A DNA stretch of 63,184 nucleotides, the filler included, from Squatina squatina (Eukaryota), in assembly GCA_031763465.1 (NCBI GenBank). It is 4 parts of 3 records of this genome, joined end to end, with 100 filler letters (N's around TTAATTAATTAA, not from the genome) between each part and the next. Parts side by side here need not be neighbours in the genome. Positions count along the whole stretch, not along the records: positions 13,621 to 35,183 come from JARFOE010000192.1; positions 35,284 to 47,820 come from JARFOE010000046.1; 2 more parts are not named here. One strand, given 5' to 3'. Shown here piece by piece: positions 26,198-38,362 of this stretch (position 1 is the first letter of the stretch; the number at the start of each line of letters is the position of its first letter). Made by a program: the position numbers and the translations under genes. The notes below the pieces were generated by a model. That model had not been told where the DNA came from, ran no database searches, and saw only the letters and a list, made by a program, of their open reading frames with translations.

Positions 26198-27964
26198 TTT
26201 ATCAACATTTAACTTGAGAAATATTTTGTGCTGTTTCCAAATTGCTAATGGACAACAGTGGAATTTTGGTTTCAAAGGAGGGGCTAGTTTTGACCAGAAA
26301 TGATTTTTTTTACTAAATGGCTACTTAATACGATGCTCACTGGATAGCATCTATATTGACTTCCTACCATTTGCTGCTTAGTGTCTGTCTGGCTCAATCT
26401 TGCTAACTGGACATTCACAAGTGAAATGATCTCTCTGCTGGGTCCTCTGGGCTCCAAACAAAAAGACCGTGTGGCTATCAATATGATCTGTCTTTACCTT
26501 TTGCTGCCTTGCCACCCATTTTTGCTGATTCAAACTCATCCCGGCTGTGCTTAGAATTGTTCCGTCCATTCTTAGAAAGACCAACTGTAGGTTTTATTGA
26601 CATTTGGAGATAAACTCACGTTTATGAATCTTGCACGGCAGGAAGTTGCTATTTTTTTTACCACCGAGATACTCTGAACAACATCCCTGATAACTCCTTG
26701 TTAATGAAGACTTAGGGAGAAAACATCTTTTAAGGAAGTCTAGCACCAGCAAAAGCACTAAAAGCAATATGGTTACCATCATCCTCATTCATTTCTGGTT
26801 TCCAAATGTTCCACAAATAAACATCAGCAGTTTAAAACAGTCGTGTATTCAGCCATTTCACAAGATATAAACTCAAGTTTCTTTTTTGTTTTTGCACCTA
26901 ATTCCAGAATTTCAGATTTAATGAACTTCCTTATTTTACATTTCTGGAGAACAGTTTTTTACTCAAATGTAGCTTGCTGATAATAAGCCACTGACAGATC
27001 CTCTGATTAAGTTGATATGTAGACGCACACTGTCAACTGTGTAAATGTTACACGGATGAAAAGATCTGTCTGAACAGTTACATACGGTGGTTGACAAAAA
27101 TGTACAGAACATTTCTAATGGTGCATTGTCAGTTGTCATATAGAGAAAGCAGTGGTTTGCTTTAAACTATGGAGCATGTCAAAGTAGTAAACACATTAAA
27201 ACTCAATTCTGTCAATTACTTATACTATATTGTACCTCATAGGTTCCTCATCCTTCTCTGCTCCCTCACTCACCAATTTGCACCATAAAATATCTCCCCA
27301 GCTAAGAGGTGGAGCAGATGACTCACCACTGCTTCGAGGCATTAATGATTGCTCCAAGGAACGCGAGAGAGATGTAAACTGACTTTCCCTCTGAGATTTC
27401 TTCCCCTTTTCACCACCACCCCTCCCCCCATTCCTGCAGCCTTCACCTCCTTGGTGATCTGATTGTGATTAGGATTTAATGGTCTACTGAATTGTGAAGC
27501 ACCATCAACACAAGCACTGCATCGATTCAAGGAGAAGACTCACCACCATCCTGCTTGGGACAACTAGTGATGGGCAGTAAATGTAGTCTTGCCAGTGTGG
27601 TCCACATGCTAACAACAAATAAAAAAAGAACATGACCCCATATCTTACCATGGTAGCCTTACCAGAGTACTATGCAGTTCTGTTTTGAAATAAAGCTTAC
27701 ACTATGGCTACCATCTTCTTTATAACGTAACCAATTCCATAATATTACGAGCAGTAAAGTCTGAATTGCTAACTTTGTGGCTTTTCAGCACTGAAGGTAT
27801 CCATGTATATTAAATGTAGAAAATTTTAATTATATTTTAACAAATCCATCCATGAAGCTTTCCTCTACCGTATCTTTATGCCACAGCTTGGTGACATCAT
27901 TTACAGAAATTAAGTCAGGTTTCATCTGTATGCTTGTGATACGCATCTGTATTTCTTCACCAGT

Positions 27965-28217
27965 ACAAAAGCCAAATACTGCGGATGCTGGAAATCTGCA
28001 ATAGAAACAGAAAATGCTGGAAATGCTCAGCAGGTTAGGCAGCATCTGTGGAGAGAGAAACAGAGTTAACATTTCAGCTCGATGACCTTTCGTGACTAAA
28101 GGTGGTGAGCCTTTTCCTTCTGATGAAAGGTCCTCGACCTGAAACTTAACTCTATTTCTCTTTCTGCAGATGCGGCCTGATCTGCTGAGTATTTTCAGCA
28201 TTTTCTGTTTTTATTTG
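27965..28217. mobile_element. Palindromic Penelope-type repeat (inverted arms); degraded copies at 14560-14640, 34552-34600, 37975-38135, 52965-53050, 62270-62425
   Basis: Arm ATAGAAACAGAAAATGCTGGAAATGCTCAGCAGG...CATTTCAG pairs with CTGAAACTTAACTCT...CAGCATTTTCTGTTTTTAT. Penelope assignment is from recall of chondrichthyan repeats. Confidence 0.7.
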
Positions 28218-28249
28218 CACTTCTTCACTATTTAGTTCGACCTTTTAAT

Positions 28250-28600
28250 TGCGTCTGTGCTGTCAGACTGTTTGTCTTGACATCGGGTCCTACAGGAGTC
28301 ACATCTTTATCCAGATCAACATTGAGAAAACTGACATCAACTGCCTCCAGAAACTGTGCTTCCTTACTTGTGATTATATCTACCTCCCAGGACACATTCT
28401 TAAACTGAATCAGACTGTCCTTAATCCTGGTGTCCTAGCCATCCCTAAGGCCACTTGATTCCACCTCAGCAATATTTCCTGCTGCCGCCCTTCCTCAACT
28501 ACTCCACACATAGATTCCCTCACCACATCCGGACTTGACTACTTTAACAATTTCCTTATTGGCGTCCCATCCTACACCCTTGCTAAACCTCAACTTGTCA
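28250..28600 (+). mobile_element. L2 LINE remnant
   Basis: Degenerate CLDIGS...IQINIEKT and LTTSGLDYFNNFLIGVPSYTLAKPQLV, matching the L2 SRLDYCN.LL.GLP...L..LQ motif. Confidence 0.65.
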
Positions 28601-28734
28601 TTAAGACCATACGGCCATAAGAAATAGGAACAGGNNNNNNNNNNNNNNNNNNNNNNNNNNNNNNNNNNNNNNNNNNNNNNNNNNNNNNNNNNNNNNNNNN
28701 NNNNNNNNNNNNNNNNNNNNNNNNNNNNNNNNNN

Positions 28735-28949
28735 TGCTCAGCAGCTGACTGTGACTCCAGTATCTTCAAGTAACTCTGGTGGAACTGCTATTGCCCAAAT
28801 TACACCTGTTACTGTTACTGGCGGTACCATTAATTTAAGTGCGGCCCAACTTGCATCAGTTCCAAACCTCCAGACGGTCAACATTGGCAGTTTGAGTTCA
28901 GGAGGAGTCCAGGTGCAAGGAATACCAGTGGCCATCGCCAATCTAGCAG
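28735..28949 (+). CDS. SP4: SP4 exon 3, 3' part (5' side cut by a gap)
   Basis: AQQLTVTPVSSSNSGGTAIAQITPVTVTGGTINLSAAQLASVPNLQTVNIGSLSSGGVQVQGIPVAIANLA(G), ending at a G|GTATGA donor. Confidence 0.92.
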
Positions 28950-29599
28950 GTATGACTATGCCTTAAAAGTATTTCTTTACAGATAGTATTGTGTGTAAAA
29001 TTACTTTTAATGTAGTTTTACTTCAAACAATTTGATATTATTTGCTGTTGGATATTTACAGCAAAAAATATTTTCTCCAGATATCATACTCATTATCGTT
29101 AATTCTTACTCTCAGTTTTATAAATCAAGCCGAGAGAAGTTTCTGAATGGATAATCTTGCGATGTTGGCTGGTCGTGGGGCACTTTGCGAGTCACCACTG
29201 CATATTGTAAAACCACAGATGCCTAAAATTTGCTAACCACTGATTTCTCCTGAGGTCTGCAGCAGGGCCACGATTTTCTGAAAGGAGCCAGTGACAAACA
29301 ACAGTCCCCACTGCAGTGGTGCAAGGGTCCAAAAATATTTTTATTTTTGGAATGTGAAAGTCTGTTATTTATTGTCCATCCCAAGTTGCCCTGAGAAAGT
29401 GGGCTTTATTCTTGAACCGCTGCAGTGTAGCAGTTTGTAGCAGTTCGAAACAAAATAAACTACGAAATTAAATTATCAAGGAATATAAAAAGAAACAGTA
29501 TTCTACAGACACATAAATAAGAAAAGAAAAATCAGGATAAGGGATGCACACGATAAACTCACAGGTAATAACAGCAAAATGTGAGACACATTAAATAAT

Positions 29600-29843
29600 G
29601 ACTTTGCCGGATGGATTGCTTCCACACATATTAAAAGAAGTTAGGGAGAGATAGCAGAGGCACTTTTACATAGATATAAAAATTCATTAGAAAAGGGAAT
29701 AGTGCCAGAGGATTGGCAGACAGCTAATGTGATTCCTATATTTAGAAAGGGAGATGGAATAAGACTAATTAGCTTGACATCGGTTGTAGGAAAATAATGG
29801 AATCCTTACTCAAAGTTGTAATAGAAAAATATCTAGAAACTGA
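29600..29843 (+). mobile_element. CR1 reverse transcriptase fragment
   Basis: PHILKEVREEIAEAL...SLEKGIVPEDWQTANVIPIFRKGD...ISLTSVVGK. Confidence 0.85.
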
Positions 29844-30289
29844 NNNNNNNNNNNNNNNNNNNNNNNNNNNNNNNNNNNNNNNNNNNNNNNNNNNNNNNNN
29901 NNNNNNNNNNNNNNNNNNNNNNNNNNNNNNNNNNNNNNNNNNNCATCATTCCCACCCGAGGAGTTCGCAATTTCAGGGCCAGTGTCTTATCATGTTCTCG
30001 GATGTGGCAAGATGCTTTATAGAATCATAGAATCATACAGTATAGAAGAAGGAGGCCTTTCGGCCCATCGAGCCTGTGCCAGCTCTTTGAAAGATCTATC
30101 CAATTAGTCCCACTCCCACCTGCTCTTTCCCATAAACCTGCAAAATTACAATTAAATTCTCTTTGGAGATGTGTTTATAAACAAAGACCTTATAATAAAA
30201 AAAACATTTTTGCATCATTATTAAACTCATTAGAAACCATTTATTCTACTGATGAAATGCTTTGGAAGAGTTTGTTGAAATATGAAATG

Positions 30290-30457
30290 CCCAGTACTGA
30301 GGGAGCGCTGCACTGTCGGAGGGGCAGTCTTTCAGATGAGATGTTAAACAGAGGCCCTCTCAGGTGGACGTAAAAGATTCCATGGCACTATTTCTATGGA
30401 GAGCAGGGGAGTTATCTCTGGTGTCCTAGTCAATATTTATCCCTCAATCAACATCAA
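30290..30457 (+). mobile_element. Deu-domain SINE fragment
   Basis: CAGTACTGAGGGAGCGCTGCACTGTCGGAGG...GGCACTATTTC..GGAGAGCAGGGGAGTTATCTCTGGTGTCCTAGTCAATATTTATCCCTCAATCAACATC. Confidence 0.75.
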
Positions 30458-31397
30458 NNNNNNNNNNNNNNNNNNNNNNNNNNNNNNNNNNNNNNNNNNN
30501 NNNNNNNNNNNNNNNNNNNNNNNNNNNNNNNNNNNNNNNNNNNNNNNNNNNNNNNNNATTTTCAAAGAGTACTCTGTAGAAAACTATGCTAGTTTATGTG
30601 AATTAAAAGGAGTTTTATTGCAAGGTTCAAATGCTTGTAAATTGCAAGTGTCTCAGGGTTAGGGAGGAGTGTTGAGTGTGCGATGCTAACCCAAACTGTT
30701 CAATGCGAGACCAATTAACCATGTATAGTGTAAAACATATCTGGATCCACAGCTGGATTCAAGAGAATTTGCAGACACTCAGAAAAATCAACACAAAAGA
30801 TGGAGTACAGGGTTTGAGCAAATAATCTAGCAGTTTATAATTTCCATCCTATGTCAAAATTTGTGTATCATATGCAAAAAATGGTGAATAATTGCACCAT
30901 TTGTTGATGAAGAATACAGAACATTACTGCATCAGGAGTTAGCTGTTATTGCAAAAATCACATTGTATTATTTTTTTCAAATGTTGATTATCTCATAAGT
31001 GTTTACTATGTGTATCCCTTATTATGGTTTCTTACTACTAATGTGAGGTAGGGGGAAATTTTGCCCCGACAAGGCTGTCCTGGAAAAGGAAACTTAAGAC
31101 CAGCACTCATTGTATCCAGGTCCCAGCAAAACTAGCAACTTTTCTAGTGGGGAGTGGGCTCCTGCTGAATTAATGGCAGGAGTCTGCTGGAACAACCAAA
31201 CCATTGTGAGCCAATGGAGGAACCTTAATGTTGGCGCTTTTTAAAAAAAAAAAATCAGCCTTTAATGCTTTAGCAATTTGTTGAGAAAGAAACCACTATT
31301 TATATTTGAGTGCTGCACAATTTTCACAAAGGATGACTGGCTTACAGAAAATGTTGGCATACTTGGAATCTTCCAACTGTATTTTCTGTTTAAATAG

Positions 31398-31445
31398 GGG
31401 CTCTAGTGAACCAGGGAAGAAGAAACAGCACATTTGCCACATGGA
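31398..31445 (+). CDS. SP4: SP4 zinc-finger exon, 5' end only (rest lost in gap)
   Basis: aaatAG acceptor; GSSEPGKKKQHICHM(E), the start of zinc finger 1. Confidence 0.9.
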
Positions 31446-32488
31446 NNNNNNNNNNNNNNNNNNNNNNNNNNNNNNNNNNNNNNNNNNNNNNNNNNNNNNN
31501 NNNNNNNNNNNNNNNNNNNNNNNNNNNNNNNNNNNNNNNNNNNNNTGTTTTTTTAATTACCTAAACAAGCTAAATTACTTATGGTTTAGACTCAGCGGGG
31601 GGAAACAACTGCCATTTAGAATATTAACCACTATTCATCTAGGTGCCTTTTTTTAAAAAAAAAGCTTGCTCGAATACATTTTCCTCAGGAAACCCATCAT
31701 TAATAGTATCTCCACATATGCTGCCTGAGTGATTACAGCACATTCTGTTTTTAAAAAAAAAAAAATTCTTTCTGTGGAAACATGGTGAAAAAATTCCTGA
31801 AATGTGACAATGACTTAGTACTATGCAGTGAATTTTCCTAGTAAGCAATCTTCACAGACTGAATGTTTTTTTTAATAAACCTTACTAAACAATATGTAGT
31901 GGAAAATGTGCTCAGACGTGTGTGTTTATATATACAGATGAATTGATGGAAGTTTGCTGTTGACAAGTACCTAACTGCCAGAGTCTGTTTTGCTTATCCT
32001 ATAATCAATGAACTTGTCGTGGGAAAATGGTCAGCATAGTGAAATATGTTCCCCAGAATGTCTTGTATTAAAAATAGAATTTCACTTGTTCAGTCACCTT
32101 AAACCAAAGGGCATAACTATAGTGTGATAGAATTGCAGAATGCAATCCCCAAACCCCCAGTAAAAATCCCACAGCTGAGTGTTGTAAAAATGGAATTTGA
32201 CTTGCCTCAGTCACTACAAACCAGTGGCTATGCTTATAGATAATGAAACAGCTTAGAATCAACCAGTTGGCAACATAGAGCTGTTCTGCATGCTGTAGCA
32301 TGAAAATGATGTTGATTAAGGTTAGTGAAAATTTCAAAATAAAAACAGGAACCCAAATGTTCTTCAAAAGCTAAAAGTGAAACATTAACCAGTCTATACC
32401 ACTGAAATATGAACACTCACCTAACCTCTCTTCTTCACACGCATGCGCGCACACCTGTAATCACCTTTATCTTTCTTCTTGCTTTCAG

Positions 32489-32739
32489 GTGAAAAGAAGT
32501 TTTCCTGTCCAGAATGCTCGAAACGGTTTATGCGGAGTGATCATCTTTCGAAACATGTTAAAACCCATCAGAACAAGAAAGGTGCTGCTGTTGTCCAAAG
32601 TGTTGGGAGTGCCTCGCCAGACATGGAGGCATCTGTGGCAGAGGTTCTAGTCTCTCCCAGAATAGTCGCCATAACTACCACTTCCCAGGATTCCAGTCCA
32701 ACAATGCCAGCTATGGCAAATAGCATAGATGAATACTGA
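32489..32739 (+). CDS. SP4: SP4 last coding exon (zinc finger 3 and C-terminus)
   Basis: Polypyrimidine tract and cAG; [32 protein letters not shown]...EVLVSPRIV...SQDSSP..stop; AATAAA at 33152-33157 in the following AT-rich UTR. Confidence 0.95.
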
Positions 32740-33629
32740 TACCATGCAGCAATCTAGATTCAGCACTTATCAATTTCTTTCAAAGAAGTGGAAACAATAT
32801 TCAAAATTTAGAAGAGCGTGGGGGGACAAAACACCTCCTAGATTGCAATTCATAACCTGTTACATAGATTTGGATCTAACATTTTAACTGGATAAAGTAG
32901 CAATATGCAAAATAGCTGTTCAGTTTCTATCATTATTAAATTTATTGAGTATTGTGATTTAAACAATATGCAACAGCTTACCATTGTTGACTAAAAATGC
33001 CATTATTTGGATAATCCCTGTTGTAAACAAAATTGCTTGTTTGACACTATCCAAACTAAGTCTTTTCAATTATGCCTTTTTAGTTTTTAAGGAGTTTAAT
33101 TGTGCAATCTTAATCTACAGATTTCTATTAATTATAGAAAATTCCATTTAAAATAAAATCTCAGCAAGGTTGCATTCTACCAGTCTTGGGCAGATTGTAT
33201 CTGATGATCATAGTGCAGTAACCACTTTGATTATTCTAAGATGTTACTGATTTAAAAAAAAAATCAGCTTCTCAATTCCCCATCTCCTCAGAGTGGATGA
33301 CAATCGAAATTTAAAAATAATTCTATATACTAGAACCATTTGCTTTAACAGGTACCCAAATTAAAAAATATATTAAAAAAAAGTGGATCCNNNNNNNNNN
33401 NNNNNNNNNNNNNNNNNNNNNNNNNNNNNNNNNNNNNNNNNNNNNNNNNNNNNNNNNNNNNNNNNNNNNNNNNNNNNNNNNNNNNNNNNNTAGGCAGCAT
33501 CAGTGTTGCCTGATTCTTTTCGTGACAGCATTATCTGGCCTGTGCCAGATGTACAATAGGCACCCCCAAAAGTGGTACTGCATCTCTGATCACACCATGG
33601 AATGCTGCCCTGTATACAAGCATGATAAT

Positions 33630-34249
33630 AGCCCTGAAATTGCGATCGGAGGCTTCTTGCGTGCTGAGGCCTCCAATCGCAAAAATGTCCACAAACTTAC
33701 CTGACAGTCCTGAATCCACGAAAACATGTGATTTTCTTCCCCCACAGCTGCGCATGTGCATCAGAGCTCTGGTCTTTCCTGTCTACATGGTTTGGTGAGG
33801 CTGGAGAGGTCACATGGGAGGCCCCAACCAATCAGGTAGGAGTATCTCTCATTTAAGCTTTGGCAGATCTGTCAAAGCTTGAATCAGAGATACAAACCTA
33901 CACAAATACCTTAATGGGAATGGTTTTAAAGTAATGTACCATTATTTTTTTGATTTTAACATTTTTTAAAAACTCTTACACTGGTAAAACTAAGCATGTA
34001 CGCTTGGTTTTACCATGCGTAAAAAAGTTAAAGAGATTTCCAGTGCAAGCGTGGAGAAAATCTCACAAATTTCCACTCTGGAAATCTCTTTTCCAGCCTA
34101 AATGTTGGATCTGTCAAGACAAATCTTGACAGACCGCAAGTGCTGGATCTGTGGGCATGCACAGTGCAGCCCGAGATTTGGCACTTGCGAGGTCCCCCTG
34201 GGTGCATGGGAACATTGTATCCACCCAGGGGGATCGCAATTTCAGGGCC
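33630..34249. mobile_element. Complete 620-bp MITE (Harbinger-like) with TIRs and a 3-bp target duplication
   Basis: GCCCTGAAATTGCGATC at 33631-33647 is the exact reverse complement of GATCGCAATTTCAGGGC at 34232-34248; AAT flanks both sides (33627-33629 and 34250-34252). Confidence 0.85.
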
Positions 34250-34845
34250 AATATGTCTTGGAAAGCATGTTAATATAGCCACAATACTCAATTAACACAA
34301 ATCTATATTTTTGCATTGCATAAAGTAATGAAAAAGTGCTCTTCCAACATCATTACCCAGCTCTGTCTAGATCATGTGGAGTCTAGACAGAGTAGACAGA
34401 GAGAAACTGTTCCTATTAGCAGAAGGGTTGAGAACCAGAGGACACAGGTTTNNNNNNNNNNNNNNNNNNNNNNNNNNNNNNNNNNNNNNNNNNNNNNNNN
34501 NNNNNNNNNNNNNNNNNNNNNNNNNNNNNNNNNNNNNNNNNNNNNNNNNNNAAACGTTGACTCTGTTTTTGTCTCCACAGATGTTGCGTCTCTGCTAAAT
34601 GCAGATTTGCTATTTACCGTTCCTGGTTCATTGTATCTACAGGTGGTGCACCTTGCTACCCATTTTACTTCAGTAACATGTAACAATTGTCCTGAAATAA
34701 ATGAAAAAAAGGTGATGTACATTTCTCAGTTTACTTATGTATATGTGCCTTTCATATTGGTACTTGTGCATTTTTCATTGACTTTTGTTTTGCATTGGTA
34801 CAATGTAACATTTGATACCAATTCACCCCTCGACCGTATTGGTTT

Positions 34846-34963
34846 GTTCCAAGGAGACTGTGGAAAGAAGGCATCGACTTGAAGTGGAATTGTTCACTGG
34901 CGGAAGAAGGGAAGCGGCGCCCGATACAAGCGATCCATTTCTTTCTGCCATTCCCAAGGAAAC
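34846..34963. promoter_or_regulatory. Two RFX X-box-like motifs upstream of the dynein start codon
   Basis: GTTCCAAGGAGAC (34846-34858) and TTCCCAAGGAAAC (34951-34963) resemble GTYNCCATGGNAAC read on the minus strand; locally CpG-rich. Confidence 0.45.
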
Positions 34964-35122
34964 CACAGCCGAGCAGAAGTCAGCCCTGAGCAGCTTGAGC
35001 GTCTGCTAAATGCGCAGCTGAAGGAGACGGATGCAGGGACAATAAAAGTTAGACGCAATTTCATAAAAATAGACCATTTATTGGGAGTAAAAGTGCCCAA
35101 AAAAAACTCAAAAGTGGAGGAA

Positions 35123-35183
35123 ATGGCTGAAGAAGATGAAGAAAACCATGTTGAAAGTTTCGCAGACGACGAGCGAGTGCAGT
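35123..35183 (+). CDS. DNAH11: Axonemal dynein heavy chain 11, start of first coding exon (cut by spacer)
   Basis: GAAATGG Kozak context; MAEEDEENHVESFADDERVQ resembles human EEEEENEEE...SFAQDARVRF; same strand just downstream of SP4, as at human 7p15. Only 20 codons are visible. Confidence 0.7.
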
Positions 35184-35283
35184 NNNNNNNNNNNNNNNNN
35201 NNNNNNNNNNNNNNNNNNNNNNNNNNNTTAATTAATTAANNNNNNNNNNNNNNNNNNNNNNNNNNNNNNNNNNNNNNNNNNNN
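35184..35283. other. Artificial concatenation spacer
   Basis: TTAATTAATTAA at 35228-35239 inside an N run. Confidence 0.97.
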
Positions 35284-35481
35284 TACACTCCAAAAGTGCT
35301 TCATTGGCTATAAAACGCTTTGAGACATCTGGTGGTCGTGAATGGCGCTATATAAATGTAAGTCTTTCTTTCCTGTTGGAACGATGTATTTAAATGCAGT
35401 TACCAAACCAATAAATGGGTACACTTTCATGCCAGTTGCAGTTCTGAAATATACACCCTGTGTAAAGGTTTTGCTACTCAC

Positions 35482-35599
35482 CCAATTCACCATTTTCAAT
35501 GGCTTCGAAGGTGACCCAGACTTCCTTTTCTCCAGCTATCATGTTTTTCATATCTAGCACCTGATTTGTCAGTTCCTCTGATGTCATTGTAGGCGATAC
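35482..35599 (-). CDS. ARAP3: ARAP3 Ras-association (RA) domain exon
   Basis: cttccAG / GTgagt; 118 bp encoding VSPTMTSEELTNQVLDMKNMIAGEKEVWVTFEAIENGEL, compared with human ARAP3 VSPTLTAEELTNQVLEM..WVTFE..E.GEL. Confidence 0.88.
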
Positions 35600-36093
35600 C
35601 TGGAAGTGCAGGTGTGTCATTAGAAACGACATCCCAGTGTGATCAAAGCACTCCGAGAGTGTGACGCTGAAGACATGCAATTCCACCATTTTACTCTGTA
35701 ACACAAGGACTTCTGCCTATTCGGCAAACTGCTAAATCCTTTCTACACAAATGCATCTCATTTAGATTATCTGCTTTGATGATGTTCTCTGGTCATTTAT
35801 CTCATTATTATCCTTTGCATGAAAAACTATAACACCAGATTTCCCCTTACTCCTCAGTAATCACTTGTGTTCCTTGGTATTTGAACCTTGATGAATAGTA
35901 AAAGATTTATTGCTTTTACATTTTTGTTTTAAGAAATTATATGGTGTAACTGGGATGCAGAAAGCTGCACTAAAGACAAATAAATCACCACAAGTGCCAA
36001 TGCTCCTTTTGGTTGCTCCCTGAATCTTGTGCTGAAAACCCTATTGGCTGCTCCTAGGAATTAGTGGTTATCTCTTGCACGTTTCAAACTCAC

Positions 36094-36168
36094 CTTGAGT
36101 GTAATGCAACAGTCTGTCATCTTTGTTTCAACATATACCTCCATGATCAGATCCCCAGCCTGGGAAAG
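36094..36168 (-). CDS. ARAP3: ARAP3 exon at the RhoGAP/RA junction
   Basis: ttacAG / GTgagt; 75 bp encoding LSQAGDLIMEVYVETKMTDCCITLK (human ARAP3 LSQAGDLIMEVYIE...CVTLK); phase 0 joins the next exon. Confidence 0.9.
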
Positions 36169-36439
36169 CTGTAAGCCAAACAAACATTGTTAGGGAAAAT
36201 ACATTCTCTCTGACTCACACGTGGCTGTAAAGTATCAATCTGGGAGGTTGTCTTATTCAGACTTTCAATTCTCAATGAGTGTACAACCATGGTAACCAAG
36301 GAGGCACAGGACTGAAATTAGGATAACTACGGCCTGCATGTAACAAGCAATGATTCTATCACAGCCCAGTTAAACCATTCCTTCTGTAAATAAAACTACA
36401 TTATCACAATAACTTTATCAACTTCTTTAGAGGATGTTT

Positions 36440-36900
36440 ATTATTATTTTCCCTCTTTTGAGATCCTTGTGCAACATGGCATCAAGCAAACAGGTTACCA
36501 CCCCCCAGGTGATGTGATGCTCACAACATAATCCAGCTCCACCCTCAGTTCTTCCTCACCTGCCGACACTCGCGTGCTCCCTACAATCACTCGCTTCATG
36601 TAGAACTCCCACTTCTCCTCTGAGCAGCTTTCATGCCAAAACTTTTTGCCCCCTTCAACAAACCTCAACTCTTTTTTGTGAAGTCTAAGTCTGGATTGTG
36701 CTCTCCTATCTGGACAGACTCTTCCAGCACCTCTCTCCCACTCCTGAGCAAAGCAGCAAAAAATGTTTAGTTATAAACTAGGCGGTCTCTCAGCTCTAGC
36801 GTTGAACCTTTTCCAAACCACATCACAACCTTGATGTTTATTATATCAATACAGTCAGTGCTACACTGAGCTTTTCTCTCTTATTCCTCCTAAGCTCCAA
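36440..36900 (+). mobile_element. Degraded LINE ORF2 3' fragment
   Basis: Residual VKSKSGLCSPIWT...L.KAAK-like motif resembling the post-RT region of non-LTR elements; many disruptions. Confidence 0.4.
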
Positions 36901-38362
36901 ATACACTATACATTCTTGCTCTTTCCTACATCCTTACAGTTTTGAAATGGAGACCTATCACCTAAGCGGTAATTTTGACTTTTGGCGATCCAGCCGTCCA
37001 TTATACATCTCTTCCGGATTGGTCATCTTTTATATCCACCCGAATGGGCAGACTGGGCCCTTGGGTTTAATGTCTCATTCGAAAGACGACATCTTTGACA
37101 ATGCAACGCTCTCCCAGAATGGCACTGAAGTGCCGTCTTAAGGAAAAATCAGCCAGGATTCCTGCTCCTGATTATTGTGCAGTGAGTTTTGCAGGGATGC
37201 GTAACCATGTGGATCTTGAATGAGGATGAGATTGGGTTGGACTGTGATGTCCCCTGCCCCATGGGCTAAGATCAAGTAGGGCCTGAGCTGAGAACTGTTT
37301 AGGTCGAATGGACTCCAGGTCACCGCGATGCAATGCCTCGGTAGAAGACACTGACCAAGCTTTTGGTCACCTGCCCTAATATCTCCTTGTGTGGCTTGGT
37401 GTCAAATTTTGTTTGATAATCGGTCCTGTGAAATGCGTTGGGATGTTTTACTCTATTANNNNNNNNNNNNNNNNNNNNNNNNNNNNNNNNNNNNNNNNNN
37501 NNNNNNNNNNNNNNNNNNNNNNNNNNNNNNNNNNNNNNNNNNNNNNNNNNNNNNNNNNCATTTTCTTAAATCTATATATTGTATATAGGGGTGGCACCTG
37601 TCCAAGTTTCAATCAGACAGTCTGTTTTTTTTTTGGATTAGACGTCCAGAAATTTCTAAAATGTAAATCAGACACGGAAGTCCAATTTTTACAATGAGTC
37701 TATTTTTCCATTTTTGTGCCATGTGATATGGAGACTTTATTAAGTTTTTCAAGGAATTTTTGCCATTGGCACAGCAATGGAAAATTCAGAATTCAATGTA
37801 TGATCCCAACGTGCCTAACTCCTGTCCTAACCTGTCATCAAATATAAAATTGGCAAAAGGTAATAAAACTATATGTAATGCTTTTGACGTCATGGTTGTA
37901 CTCATAATTTCCCAACACAATTCAAGGGGCTGTTTTGGCAAGAAAATAAATAAAGTGAATGTCTATATACATGAAATAAAAACAGAACATGCTGGAACTC
38001 CTCAGCAGGTCAGGCAGTGTCTGTGGAGAGGGAAACAGAGTTAGCGTTTCAGGCCACAAACCTCGAGGAGAGGTCACACTCCTCAAGGAGGGGTCATTGA
38101 CATGAAATTTCCAGCGTCTGTGATATTTTGCTTTTGTTATTTTGCGTTAATCTAGGAGTGTGTTGTGTGCTGACACTGAGTGCCAGAAATGGAAAGTGTT
38201 CCATTTTCCAGCGCTGACATGCTTCTTTTCTGAGATTTTTTTCCTTTAAAACAAGCGAAAGTTTGTATACCGAGAGTAAAAATGTTTCAATGAGGTTATG
38301 AAGGATCGATATAAAAGTTATAAAACTGGCAGCCACCCTATGGCAGTGCAACCTTAATTTAC

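Noticed and set aside
26198-26303. C-terminal tail HLSTFNLRNILCC... as real SP4 sequence
   Set aside because: No similarity to SP4; read-through into unrelated sequence.
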